NCBI RefSeq assembly: GCF_001194135.2 | Contig: NC_068996.1 | Location: 16,881,819-16,916,703, forward strand | DNA length: 34,885 nt | Direction of reading: 5' to 3' | Source: Octopus bimaculoides | Taxonomy: Eukaryota | The notes under the pieces: generated by a model | Told to the model about the DNA's origin: nothing | Databases searched by the model: none | What the model saw: the letters and a program-made list of their open reading frames with translations, nothing else | Translations under genes and position numbers: made by a program | Shown here: one piece after another, positions 12,085 to 22,329 of the stretch | Numbering within the stretch: the stretch's first letter is position 1 | Layout: every line of letters starts with the position of its first letter

Positions 12085-12420
12085 CCACTATGTGGAATCT
12101 TGGGCAATTGACATCTTATTATAGCCCCAGGCCTACAAATGCCATGTGAGTGGATTTGGTAGATGGAAACTGAAAGAAACTAGTTGTGTGTGTGTCTTTG
12201 TGTACCTCCCCACCACCACCAATACCACTTGTCAACTAGTCTTGGAGTGTTTATGTCCCTATAACTCAGTGGTTCATCAAGAAGGAGTCCAATAAAATAA
12301 GTACCAGGTTTAAAAAAAAATATGTCCTGGGATCAATTCATTCGACTGAAGTTCTTCTAGGCAGTGCCCCAGCATGGCCACAGTCTAATGACTGAAACAA
12401 GTAAAAGATAAAGATAAAAA
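12085..12420 (+). mobile_element. Family A SINE
   Basis: gtgagtggatttggtagatggaaactgaaagaa...gtgtgtg...ccccagcatggccacagtctaatgactgaaacaagtaaaaga. Confidence 0.85.
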
Positions 12421-13157
12421 TAAAAACCATACATAGTCAGACAGACTGACATATATAATCATCATCCTTGTCTTCTATATAATATATATATATATATATA
12501 TATTTATAGAAATATATATACATNNNNNNNNNNNNNNNNNNNNNNNNNNNNNNNNNNNNNNNNNNNNNNNNNNNNNNNNNNNNNNNNNNNNNNNNNNNNN
12601 NNNNNNNNNNNNNNNNNNNNNNNNNNNNNNNNNNNNNNNNNNNNNNNNNNNNNNNNNNNNNNNNNNNNNNNNNNNNNNNNNNNNNNNNNNNNNNNNNNNN
12701 NNNNNNNNNNNNNNNNNNNNNNNNNNNNNNNNNNNNNNNNNNNNNNNNNNNNNNNNNNNNNNNNNNNNNNNNNNNNNNNNNNNNNNNNNNNNNNNNNNNN
12801 NNNNNNNNNNNNNNNNNNNNNNNNNNNNNNNNNNNNNNNNNNNNNNNNNNNNNNNNNNNNNNNNNNNNNNNNNNNNNNNNNNNNNNNNNNNNNNNNNNNN
12901 NNNNNNNNNNNNNNNNNNNNNNNNNNNNNNNNNNNNNNNNNNNNNNNNNNNNNNNNNNNNNNNNNNNNNNNNNNNNNNNNNNNNNNNNNNNNNNNNNNNN
13001 NNNNNNNNNNNNNNNNNNNNNNNNNNNNNNNNNNNNNNNNNNNNNNNNNNNNNNNNNNNNNNNNNNNNNNNNNNNNNNNNNNNNNNNNNNNNNNNNNNNN
13101 NNNNNNNNNNNNNNNNNNNNNNNNNATATATATATATATATATTCTTTTGTTTCTTT

Positions 13158-13353
13158 ATTTTGTTTCAGTCATTTGACTGCAGCCATGCTGGAGCACCGC
13201 CTTTAGTTGAACAAATCAACCCCAGGACTTATTCTTTGTAAGCCTAGTACTTATTCTATCGGTCTCTTTTGCTGAATTGCTAGATTACAGAGATGTAAAC
13301 ACACCAACATGGATTGTCAAGCAATGGTGTTGGAGACAAACACCAACACAAAC

Positions 13354-13406
<53 letters not shown>

Positions 13407-13460
13407 ACGAGCTATGTGGTGGTAAGCAAGCTACTTACCACACAGCCACTCCTGCACCTA
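13158..13460 (-). mobile_element. Family A SINE with internal deletion
   Basis: Tail and head match 10823-11220; the middle is replaced by a long (TA)n. Confidence 0.85.
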
Positions 13461-13577
13461 TATCTATGTATATATATACACACATACATGCTGTGTATGT
13501 ATATTTACATGTATATACAACACACATATGTATACATGTATACATACAACATACACACACACACATATATATATATG

Positions 13578-13610
<33 letters not shown>

Positions 13611-14429
13611 TGTATGTATCTGTGTGTGTGTAGGTGGGGAGATAATAAGTTAAATGTCTTGGACAAGTACTTTATGCAGCATTTGGTTACTTCCTATGCT
13701 GACTCAGTCATGCGTAATCTCACTCAAAAGATCCAGTCACCATAGCAACAAGTCCAGTGCCACATATAGTGTTTTTGTAGAAGACATTTAACTATTCGAT
13801 ATCCTAGTGCACATAACACTAAGTAGGTATTGGTAGGATGTACAATTCTTCACAGTAAGAATCATATAACTGATGGTTGTCAGTCATCAATATTGAAATG
13901 AATACTTCCCAATGAAAAGCTAAACTGCCTTATCCCTCTAAGTGGAAATTTGCTGCAGGGAGAATGGACAGCAGGAGAAATCTTGAAAAGAAGCATATCT
14001 ATCAAGTGAATGTTTTGACTCATTAATTCCTAACACTCTAAGAAAATGGAGCCTACCTAAGTCATGACTCCTGGGTGCCCTTCTGCTGTGTGTAAAATGC
14101 TGCCTATAGTTAGTGATTAAGCTCAGAACCTATGGGTGATTTTATTTCTCTGAAATAAGGTGTATACTGCTTGATCACAAACACCATTAGAAGAACTTGC
14201 ATGAGCTTTTCAAGCAACTTTCAGTGTTCTATTTCAGCATCAGATATTATTTCTTTGATCTTAGCCACAATAAACTCTTCTATACCAGGAATATTTGATC
14301 ATTCATCCATTCTATGTAACAAGAAACTGGATTGAAGGGAGCTTCTTGAGATAACAGAGAAGCCTGTAAATGGTTGCTCAGAAATAACAGCCAAAAGTCA
14401 TATAAAATCAAAATTAGCATCTTTTAAAT

Positions 14430-15150
14430 GCAGTCCTACATACACTATGTTTGAAAGAAAGATGAAATGGTCATCACATGAATGGCAGTTCCTTTACTGC
14501 CCACAAGGAGCTAAACATAGAGGGGACAAACAAGGGATTAAGTCAATTACATCGGCCCCAGTGCGTAACTGGTACTTAATTTATCGACCCCAAAAGGATG
14601 AAAGGCAAAGTCAACCTCAGCGGAATTTGAACTCAGAACGTAGCGGCAGATGAAATACCGCTAAGCATTTCGCCCGGCATGCTAACGTTTCTGCCAGCTC
14701 GCCGCCTTAGGTCTGTTGGACCTGGGGTTAAAGGAAGTCCTAGACACATTATGCATAACTAAGAGCTTCACAGCTAGAGCATCTTTGCTTAAATAAATAC
14801 AAGAATGGTCATAGCTGGAAAACATGGAGTTAAACATAACAACACAGAAAGATCCAATAGATAATGCAGTCCTAGACACAATATGATTGAGTAACAGGTA
14901 GGATGATCACAGTTTGAACACGTTTGATCACAAGTTTGTTTGATCAGATCTGATCTGGGCATAGCAATATAGAAGGAAACATTAGGTGATGTAGTCCTAA
15001 ATACATTTTGCTTGACTAATAGACAAAAGAGTCATGGTGGCTGGAATGATTTATAGGTTTGCTTGATCTCAACTTGGGTTTAAATGAAGGACTCATTTGA
15101 TAAAGTAGTCCTAGTTACACTATGCCTATATCAAAGGACTGGTTGAGATG
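14430..15150 (+). repeat. Degenerate ~115-130 bp tandem array interrupted by a SINE
   Basis: Anchor gtcct(a)gacac-like motif at about 14433, 14737, 14869, 14994 and 15108, with shared ggtcat.gctggaa and gacctggg-like segments. Confidence 0.55.
14490..14708 (-). mobile_element. tRNA-derived SINE family B
   Basis: Minus strand ggcggcgagctggcagaaacgttag (A box), gttctgagttcaaattcc (B box), gcctttcatccttttggggtcgataaattaagtaccag. Confidence 0.9.
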
Positions 15151-15301
15151 GACTATGACACAGAAGTCATAGCACAAAAATCCTCTATGAAATTTCAAAT
15201 TTTGAATCCAGAAACTATAGAGGTACAAAGATAATTGATTATTTGATTTTGAGTTTGAGTATTCTCAGTCTCAAGTTTCTTCCTTAATGGTTCAGTTAAA
15301 T

Positions 15302-15519
15302 CAGTGCTTCTCAACTAGGGTCCAAATGACCATAGGGGGCCCATATAAGATTTTGTTGTTATGGTTTATCAGTTATACTTCTACAATACACATAATATTT
15401 TAACAATATTTTTAATATAATTCTTAACAATATTTGATTTAAATAGAATGGCTCTGGAGGTTCTCTTGAGTAAAATAGGAATTAAAGGGATCTATAGGAA
15501 AAAATGGTTGAAAATCACT
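15302..15519. mobile_element. hAT-type MITE
   Basis: TIRs cagtgcttctcaac / gttgaaaatcactg (12/14); 8-bp flanks agttaaat / agtttaat (7/8), consistent with a target-site duplication. Confidence 0.8.
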
Positions 15520-15599
15520 GAGTTTAATGGAGGTGACAGCACTGATGACCTTGACAGGCTCTTGGTTATTGAGGATATGTACACAACTTGTGTTCAGTT

Positions 15600-15960
15600 G
15601 GTATAATTGAACTACAGGTAAAAAAAACATGTATGAGAGAATTCCAGAAGTTTGACATTTGTAGGTTTGACATTTGGATATTGTGCCTATTGTAGGGGCA
15701 AGAGGCAGGCAGACAGAAGCAGCATGAAGGAGATATCATTTATTAAGGTCCAAGAACAAAGGCTGATGTAGTAGAGGTAGAAAGAGAAATGAGAAAGGTA
15801 TTTGTGGGCTGAAGGGTGTTGTGTATTCATGATTTATCAAACAGTGGCATGGTTTTCATTGAAACACAATCAAGAGTATCTGGTCCAGCTCTGGTCCAGA
15901 TATGTGAGCAGTATCTGATCATAAGTCTCCTTTGTGATTTGGCAGAGCTACCACAGCTAT
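15600..15960 (-). mobile_element. Possible decayed CR1/L2-group LINE C-terminal fragment
   Basis: Minus strand has FYLYY and FWNSL-like remnants at plausible spacing; highly degenerate. Confidence 0.35.
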
Positions 15961-16592
15961 TCATGGGGGAGGAAATTTCTTCTGGAGTCATAAGGAAAGA
16001 TCATCAATGATTAAGAAGTTTAACATTTCTAATAAATTAATTGAGAGTAATAATTACACGTTGCCTGAAATACTTGTTAGTTATAAGAGGAAGTGGACGA
16101 GTTGATCCAGTCAAACCTAGTACTTCATAGATATTTTATTTCATTGATCAGAGAAGGAATTTTAAGGGATCTGAACTGAGAATAAAAAGGGATGGGCTGT
16201 GTAACTTGTTAATACTCAAAGGCACTTTGTTTGTAATCCTACCAATTCTGTATTTCACAGCCCTTCTTTCAACAAACACCCTTCTTAAGGTATCAGTTAC
16301 ATAAAAGCATCTAAACAACAAAGGGTATGCTTCCAAATGGATCAGGTTCCAATATTTTGTTTGGCATGTGAAAGTTGCAACTATGTTATTCCCTTTATGA
16401 ATTTCGGACACACCCTGCAAAGATTCCATTGCTTTAACGTCAGTATTGAATCTCAATTATACATTCATATATATATATATATATATANNNNNNNNNNNNN
16501 NNNNNNNNNNNNNNNNNNNNNNNNNNNNNNNNNNNNNNNNNNNNNNNNNNNNNNNNNNNNNNNNNNNNNNNNNNNNNNNNATATATACATAC

Positions 16593-16627
<35 letters not shown>

Positions 16628-16741
16628 TATATATGCACAGTTCTCACTAGCCATTTTTTGAATCAGTCAATGTTTCCTATGGTCTTCTCTATAAGGCTGA
16701 CAAAGTGACTTAGGTTCTTTAACCCTTGGTGATAGAGTAAT

Positions 16742-16791
16742 GAGTCACTGATGAAGATTGATTAAATCTGAAATCAGCACTGATACGACTC
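16742..16791 (+). ncRNA. Type-I hammerhead ribozyme, near-intact
   Basis: GAGUCA-CUGAUGA-AGAUU(GAUUA)AAUCU-GAA-AUCAG(CA)CUGAU-A-CGACUC. All three helices form; there is one A/C mismatch at the base of stem I. AUA cleavage triplet, predicted cut after 16785. Confidence 0.7.
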
Positions 16792-17061
16792 CATCTCATT
16801 TGTCATAGGGAGAGAGTCTGTCTCCTTAGTCAGTCGTGGTTGAAGCCAATGGCAATTCTATTGAATAAATTTATTCTTTAATATTTCAAGATATTTTTAT
16901 GTTACTTTGGTAAATATATCTGTTAAAATGTCAGTGATATTTGCATTTTTGCGTAATTTAGACGACAATTTATTCACTGCATCCTGTATATGGAATCATA
17001 TTTTCACATGATGATGTATGTGCAAGTGAGTATACATATATATGTATATATACATGTGATC

Positions 17062-17250
17062 ATCATTATCAGCCTTTAACATCCATTTTCCATGCTGGCA
17101 TGGGTTGGACAGGTGATGAGGCTAGGAGCTGCACCAGGTTCCAATTGTCTGTGTTGGCATGGCTTCTGTAGTTGGATGTTCTTCCAAACACCAACCATTT
17201 TACAGAGTATATTGGGTACTTCCACATGGCATGCATATGAAAATGCCCAC
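17062..17250 (-). mobile_element. Degenerate RTE 3' UTR
   Basis: catcattatc...tttaacatcc.ttttccatgctggcatgggttggac tail motif. Confidence 0.7.
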
Positions 17251-17334
17251 CCGCCCATCCATCTGTCCATCCAGACAGACAGACAGATTTATGTACATGA
17301 CTGTATTTGTACATATATTCATTACTGAGTCTTA

Positions 17335-17645
17335 TACATGTAGCCGTGGCCTATGCCAGTGCAGTATAACTGGCCCATCTAAGAATACCCTTCAATCATT
17401 GAGCAATAAACTGCCCAAAAACCAGTTGAATCAAGTGAAGTCATTGTCGTGGTCGATGACAATACTGCCTGACTGGCACCCATGCCAGTGGCACGTAAAA
17501 AGCGTCATTCAAGCGTGGTCAATGCCTGTGCTGCCTCACTGGTTCTATGCCAGTGGCATGTAAAAAGCACCATTTAAGCACGGTTGATGCCAGTGCCACC
17601 TGACTGGCTCCCATACTGATGGCATGTATAAAGCACCATTCGAGC
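17335..17645 (+). mobile_element. RTE 3' UTR tandem units, opposite orientation
   Basis: Repeated gccagtggcacgtaaaaagc-like units, the reverse complement of the units at 270-480. Confidence 0.65.
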
Positions 17646-17884
17646 ATGGTTTCGGCAAAAGAGACCGATAGAATAAGTACTAGGCTTACAAAGAATAAGT
17701 CCTGGGATCAATTTGCTTGACTAAAGTTGGTGCTCCAGCATAGCTGCAGTCAAATGACTAAAACAAGTAAAAGAGTAAAAAGGGTAAAGAGTATATATAT
17801 AGTTCAAATATATAGAAAACAAAAGACGAAGATAGGGGAGGGAAGAACAACAACCAGGTTTGACGCTCAGGAAGAATGGAGAAG

Positions 17885-17922
17885 TCTTTGGCATTTTGAG
17901 CCTATGCTCTTCGAAAGAAAGG
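17885..17922 (-). ncRNA. Decayed copy of the 18218-18254 hammerhead-like motif
   Basis: Minus strand reads CCUUU-CUUUCGA-A-GAGC(AUAG)GCUC-AAA-AUGC-C-AAAGA, with the same flanks (tgacgctc...aagtcttt). Core positions are mutated. Confidence 0.45.
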
Positions 17923-18217
17923 GATGAGAGAAAGAGAGAGAGAGAGAGANNNNNNNNNNNNNNNNNNNNNNNNNNNNNNNNNNNNNNNNNNNNNNNNNNN
18001 NNNNNNNNNNNNNNNNNNNNNNNNNNNNNNNNNNNNNNNNNNNNNNNNNNNNNNNNNNNNNNNNNNNNNNNNNNNNNNNNNNNNNNNNNNNNNNNNNNNN
18101 NNNNNNNNNNNNNNNNNNNNNNNNNNNNNNNNAATATACAAATAATAACAACAGACGAGGACAGGTGGTGTAAATAACAAAAGTATATATTAGTATGACG
18201 CTCGGGAATACGGAAAG

Positions 18218-18254
18218 TCTTTGACGTTTCGAGCTACGCTCTTCAACAGAAAGA
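18218..18254 (-). ncRNA. Minimal type-I hammerhead-like motif with variant core (CUGUUGA)
   Basis: Minus strand reads UCUUU-CUGUUGA-A-GAGC(GUA)GCUC-GAA-ACGU-C-AAAGA. It has a 5-bp stem I, a 4-bp stem II, a palindromic ACGU stem III and a GUC site, with U in place of core A6. Confidence 0.62.
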
Positions 18255-19024
18255 ATACGGAGACAAGGAGAAAAACACGGAGAAAAAAAATTGAATAGTG
18301 TTCAGTCAACAGTCAATCATAATATATATATATGTATTAGAAGTTAAAATTTAATGCATGTGATATTCAAAGTCAGGAAATCTTAATTTCCAGTTCACAC
18401 ACAATATTTTGCCACTCTAATTTCAGTTTCAGTCTCTCTTTCTTTCTCCTCTCTCTCTCTCCCCAGTTGTTACATCCTGAATGTTCTACTAACTCTAAGG
18501 TCAAGGCTAGAAGGGCTAAAACTGTGTTTCTGTCTGCAACTACAAAAGGTGCCCAGAAGCAGTTAACAGAAGTACAGTACATGCTACTACCAGGTCATAA
18601 CCACTTGTCAGTGATGGGGTGGCTGTCTTATTGTTTTCATTGTTTTTCTTTGATTTTATTTCCTGTTACCTTTTCTATTGTTCTTCAATAGTTCAGTTTA
18701 GTTTAATATATAACAATACAACAACGAATAGAGGACAGATTCTGAAAAAAAAAAATACTGTAAAAATAAAAACTGTGTTTGTAATGTATTAACCTTATTT
18801 ATCACTAAGTTGCATTGACATTTAGATTAGAAAAAGGAAAATAAATGCAAGACTTATTTACAATGCTATTTAATTTAACAGCGTAGAAAGTATATTTGAG
18901 TAATTATTTATTGTATTATAGCATTATTAATATATAGCATTGTTATAGTAACATTTCACAATTAGAATTAATAGAAGGAATAACTAAGCAACCAAGGGCT
19001 AAGTTTCTTTTATCTATGTGTGTG

Positions 19025-19355
19025 GTGAAGGCATGTAGCTTAATGGTTAGAGTATTTGACTCATGAACATAAGGTCATGAGTTTGATTTCTGGCAGTGCA
19101 TTGAGTCCTTGAGCAAGGCACTTTATTCCACATTGTTCCAGTCCACTCAGTTGGCAAAAATAAGTTGTACTTGTAATTCAAAAGACCAGCCTTGTCACAT
19201 TCTGTCTCATGCTGAATCTTCCTGAGAACTACATTAAGGGTACGTGTGTATGTGGAGTGCTCAGCCACTTAAACGTTAATTTCACAAGCAGGAAGTTCCC
19301 CAGATTGGATCAACTGGAATCACTCATCGTCATAGATAATAGAATTCCAGTTGTT
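19025..19355 (+). mobile_element. tRNA-derived SINE family D, sharing its 3' module with family C
   Basis: tRNA-like head, central gtccttgagcaaggcactttat.ccac.ttg.tccagtccactcag, then aattcaaaa...cagccttgtcaca...aactacattaagggtac...ggatcaactggaa. Confidence 0.85.
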
Positions 19356-19629
19356 GAGCAGGTGTGGGCATGTGTGTCTGTGTGCATTTGTATGAGTTTT
19401 GTGTGTATGTGTGTGTTCCTGTGCTATTTCATTTATGAGTATAAGTAATTGGGGAAAACAAATCGATGAATTTAATGACTTAACTCTTTAGCTTCTCATA
19501 TGTTATGTCTAGTAAGTTAGTATAGGAAAGAATTAGCTTATAATCCATTGATTAAAAAACAACAAAACAAAATGAAGGAATGTTGCATATTCATGGATAT
19601 GGAGAAGAGAAAGTATCAATGTATTATTA

Positions 19630-19666
<37 letters not shown>

Positions 19667-19681
19667 CATTACTATTATTAT

Positions 19682-19896
19682 TGAAGGCAGCGAGCTGGCA
19701 GAATTGTTAGCATGCTGGATGAAAGGCTTAACAGTATTTTGCCTGTCGCTATGTTCTGAGTTCAAATTTCACCGAGGTCAACTTTGCTTTCATCCCTTGG
19801 GGGCAATAAAATAAGTACCAGTTGAACACTGGGGCTAATGAAATTGACTCATCCCCTCCCCTAAAATTACTGCCCTTTTGACAAAATCTGAAATCA

Positions 19897-19900
<4 letters not shown>
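19682..19900 (+). mobile_element. Family B SINE inside (ATT)n
   Basis: ggcagcgagctggcagaattgttag...gttctgagttcaaattt...; (ATT)n on both sides. Confidence 0.88.
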
Positions 19901-19939
<39 letters not shown>

Positions 19940-20021
19940 TAGTAATTTTACAGGATAAAGAAACTCTGAAATAAACAACACTGCAAAACGCTAAGAAGCA
20001 GGAAAATACACACTAACATCA

Positions 20022-20068
20022 CTTCAATCTGAAGATAAGATTGTGAAAGTCTCAAAACATTGATGATG
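20022..20068 (+). ncRNA. Heavily decayed hammerhead-like motif
   Basis: CUGAAGA 20029-20035, then U, stem II AAGAUU(GUGAA)AGUCUC, AAA-ACAU-U. GAAA and ACGU can be restored by reverting CpG-type transitions; stem I is poor. Confidence 0.35.
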
Positions 20069-20230
20069 GATCCGAGAATTTTACAGTATCAAACAAACCA
20101 CAAGGATATCATATGGAAAATATGAGTAAAAAAAAAAAACCCAAAAAACAGAAAATAAATAAAACTAATTTACAGAGGTGTTTATAATAAGCATGTGTTT
20201 GTGTAGAAAATTATTATGCAGTAAACTTAC

Positions 20231-20419
20231 CTAAGAGAGGAGCTAACCAATTTACATTTGCCTCAACATGTGAATCTAAAAAGATCAAAACTTGACCAGT
20301 CGCCGCTTTAGCTCCAAGAAGCCGAGTTCTAATCAAGCCTTCTCTCTGCTTAGCATGAATCACTTTGACATTGGTGAATTTCTCTTTCACATACTTATCT
20401 AATGGTTCCTTGCAATGTT
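20231..20419 (-). CDS. GALNT10: Internal coding exon of a polypeptide N-acetylgalactosaminyltransferase (GT-A catalytic domain), GALNT10-like
   Basis: Translates (E)[62 protein letters not shown](G). It contains REGLIRTR, the DxH metal-binding motif (DSH) and EANVNWLxPLL, matching the GALNT10 subfamily as I recall it. The acceptor is tttttttctgtatttcatccgcAG (exon starts 20419) and the donor is G|GTAAGT (intron starts 20230). Length is 189 nt, phase 1 at both ends. Family is secure; exact orthology needs a phylogeny. Confidence 0.9.
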
Positions 20420-21062
20420 CTGCGGATGAAATACAGAAAAAAAAGATATATATATATATATATAAATATGTGTATTTGTAAGGCAAATAGAAATAAAAAA
20501 TTTAAAAAATGAAATGAAATGAATAAGACATATGATTAATTTTCGCAAAATTCATTGTGATTAATAATTTTCTTGTACAAAAATTAATAATGAAATTTTT
20601 AATGACATGATGTGGTAGATATTAACAACAATGGTGGTAGTGGCAGCGGCTGCTGCCACCACCATCACCACCTTCATCATTTGTACACTCAGCTCGTTGT
20701 CCACTTCCTCCATATATCTATTCCATGTAACCTTGTATAGGGGTGTTTAAACTGAGAAAATTCAGGCCCACTACCCTAAAAAAATAGTGGTGAAGTTATT
20801 TGTCCCATTTCCCTTGTTAGTTATCAATGAAAAAACAAAACAGTCTCTCTGTGCATATTCTGTTGGACAGGTTTAAAAATGCTTAAAGCCAGCTCAATTT
20901 TATTAAGTATGGTAATATGTCCACCCTGTTTTAGTGCTCACAAATCTAGTTTACCCACAGTGGCATACAGCATCCACATCTGGGATGGTATTGCTTGCTG
21001 CAACACACACATATCCTGGATGGGTCATTAGCAATGGACGTACTCATTAACAATAATAATAA

Positions 21063-21852
21063 TCATCATCATCATCATCATTGTTTAACGTCTGCTTTCC
21101 ATGCTAGCATGGGTTGGACAATTTGACTGAGGACTGGTGAAACCAGATGGCTACACCAGGCTCCAATCTGATTTGGCAGAGTTTCTACAGCTGGATGCCC
21201 TTCCTAACGCCAACCACTCAGAGAGTGTAGTGGGTGCTTTTACGTGCCACCAGCATGAAGGCCAGTCAGGCGGGTACTGGCAACGGCCATGCTCAAAATG
21301 GTGTATTTTACGTGCCACCTGCACAGGAGCCAGTTAGGCGGCACTGGCAACGATCTCGCTCGAATGACTTTACACGTACCACCGGCACAAGTGCCAGGAA
21401 GGCGACGCTGGGCACAGGTGCCATCACGATTTCGCTTTCGCTTGCCTCAATAAGTCTTCGCAAGCTGAGTTTCTTGTCCAATGAAGGAAGGGTACGCATA
21501 AGTGGGCTGGCTACACCTCTGGTAGAGGCCTTGGATTTAGATCTCACTTGGCTTGCTGGGTCTTCCCACGCACAGCATATCTCCAAAGGTCTCGGTCAGA
21601 AGTCATTGCATCGGTGAGGCCTAATGTTCGAAGGTCGTGCCTCACCACCTCATCCCAGGTCTTCCTGGGTCTACCTCTTCCACAGGTTCCCTCAACTGCT
21701 AGGGTGTGGCACTTTTTCACACAACTATCCTCATCCATTCTCGCCACATGACCATACCAGCACAATCGTCTCTCTTGCGCACCACAACTGATGCTTCTTA
21801 GGTTCAACTTTTCTCTCAAGATACATACACTCTGTCGGGTATGCACACTGAC
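21063..21852 (-). mobile_element. 5'-truncated RTE-type LINE (ORF C-terminus, 3' UTR, (GAT)n tail) inserted in (AAT)n
   Basis: ORF ...ILREKLNLRSISCGAQERRLCWYGHVARMDEDSCVKKC...GRGRPRKTWDEVVRHDLRTLGL...WRYAV is typical of an RTE C-terminus; (AAT)n lies on both sides. Confidence 0.92.
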
Positions 21853-21887
<35 letters not shown>

Positions 21888-22101
21888 GCAGGATGGGCTA
21901 CTTGACCTGAAGAAAATTCTAACTGGGCCCCACCTGCGAGGTCATGCGCTGTTTATCTTGATATGAGATCACCATGTCGCGCACATATGGTTGTGATGCA
22001 TGTGCCTGGTGTACCCTTGGACGGATAGTCATGATGTGTATATTTTACCCCAGTGTCACTTTGATGGCATGAACTGCTCGTTCACTCAATAATAATAATA
22101 A
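21888..22101 (+). mobile_element. 5'-truncated copy of element X
   Basis: Ends ccccagtgtcactttgatggcatg.actgctc..tcactc(aat)n; flanked by (AAT)n. Confidence 0.75.
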
Positions 22102-22329
22102 AGTGGAAACGCTATACCAACAGACTTGATACCTTGTGGTATTTTTAAAATTCTGTGTCCTGAGTTCAAGCCCCACAGTTGCCTCCCTGGATGGTAGTCT
22201 TAGCTCATTGCTCCATTTAACACCACCACAGCCACTATCCCACCACCTGGTCCTTGGTAGTCTTGAGTAGTTGCACTGATTACAAGCACCCAAGACTTTA
22301 GAGGTTGCAAACTTTAACCAATAGGTCAT

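Larger units (their letters stand above)
17820..18300 (-). mobile_element. Two tandem units of a hammerhead-bearing repeat (Penelope-LTR-like) separated by (GA)n and a gap
   Basis: Blocks agacga(a/g)ga..., tgacgctc(a/g)ggaa..., aagtcttt..., gagc..gctcttc..agaaag occur at 17824-17921 and again at 18152-18253. Confidence 0.6.

Noticed and set aside
16148-16456. 102-aa minus-strand ORF on the same strand as the GALNT exon
   Set aside because: No similarity to the expected downstream GALNT segments (CPxIDVID, GAFDW, MAGGLF, WGGE).
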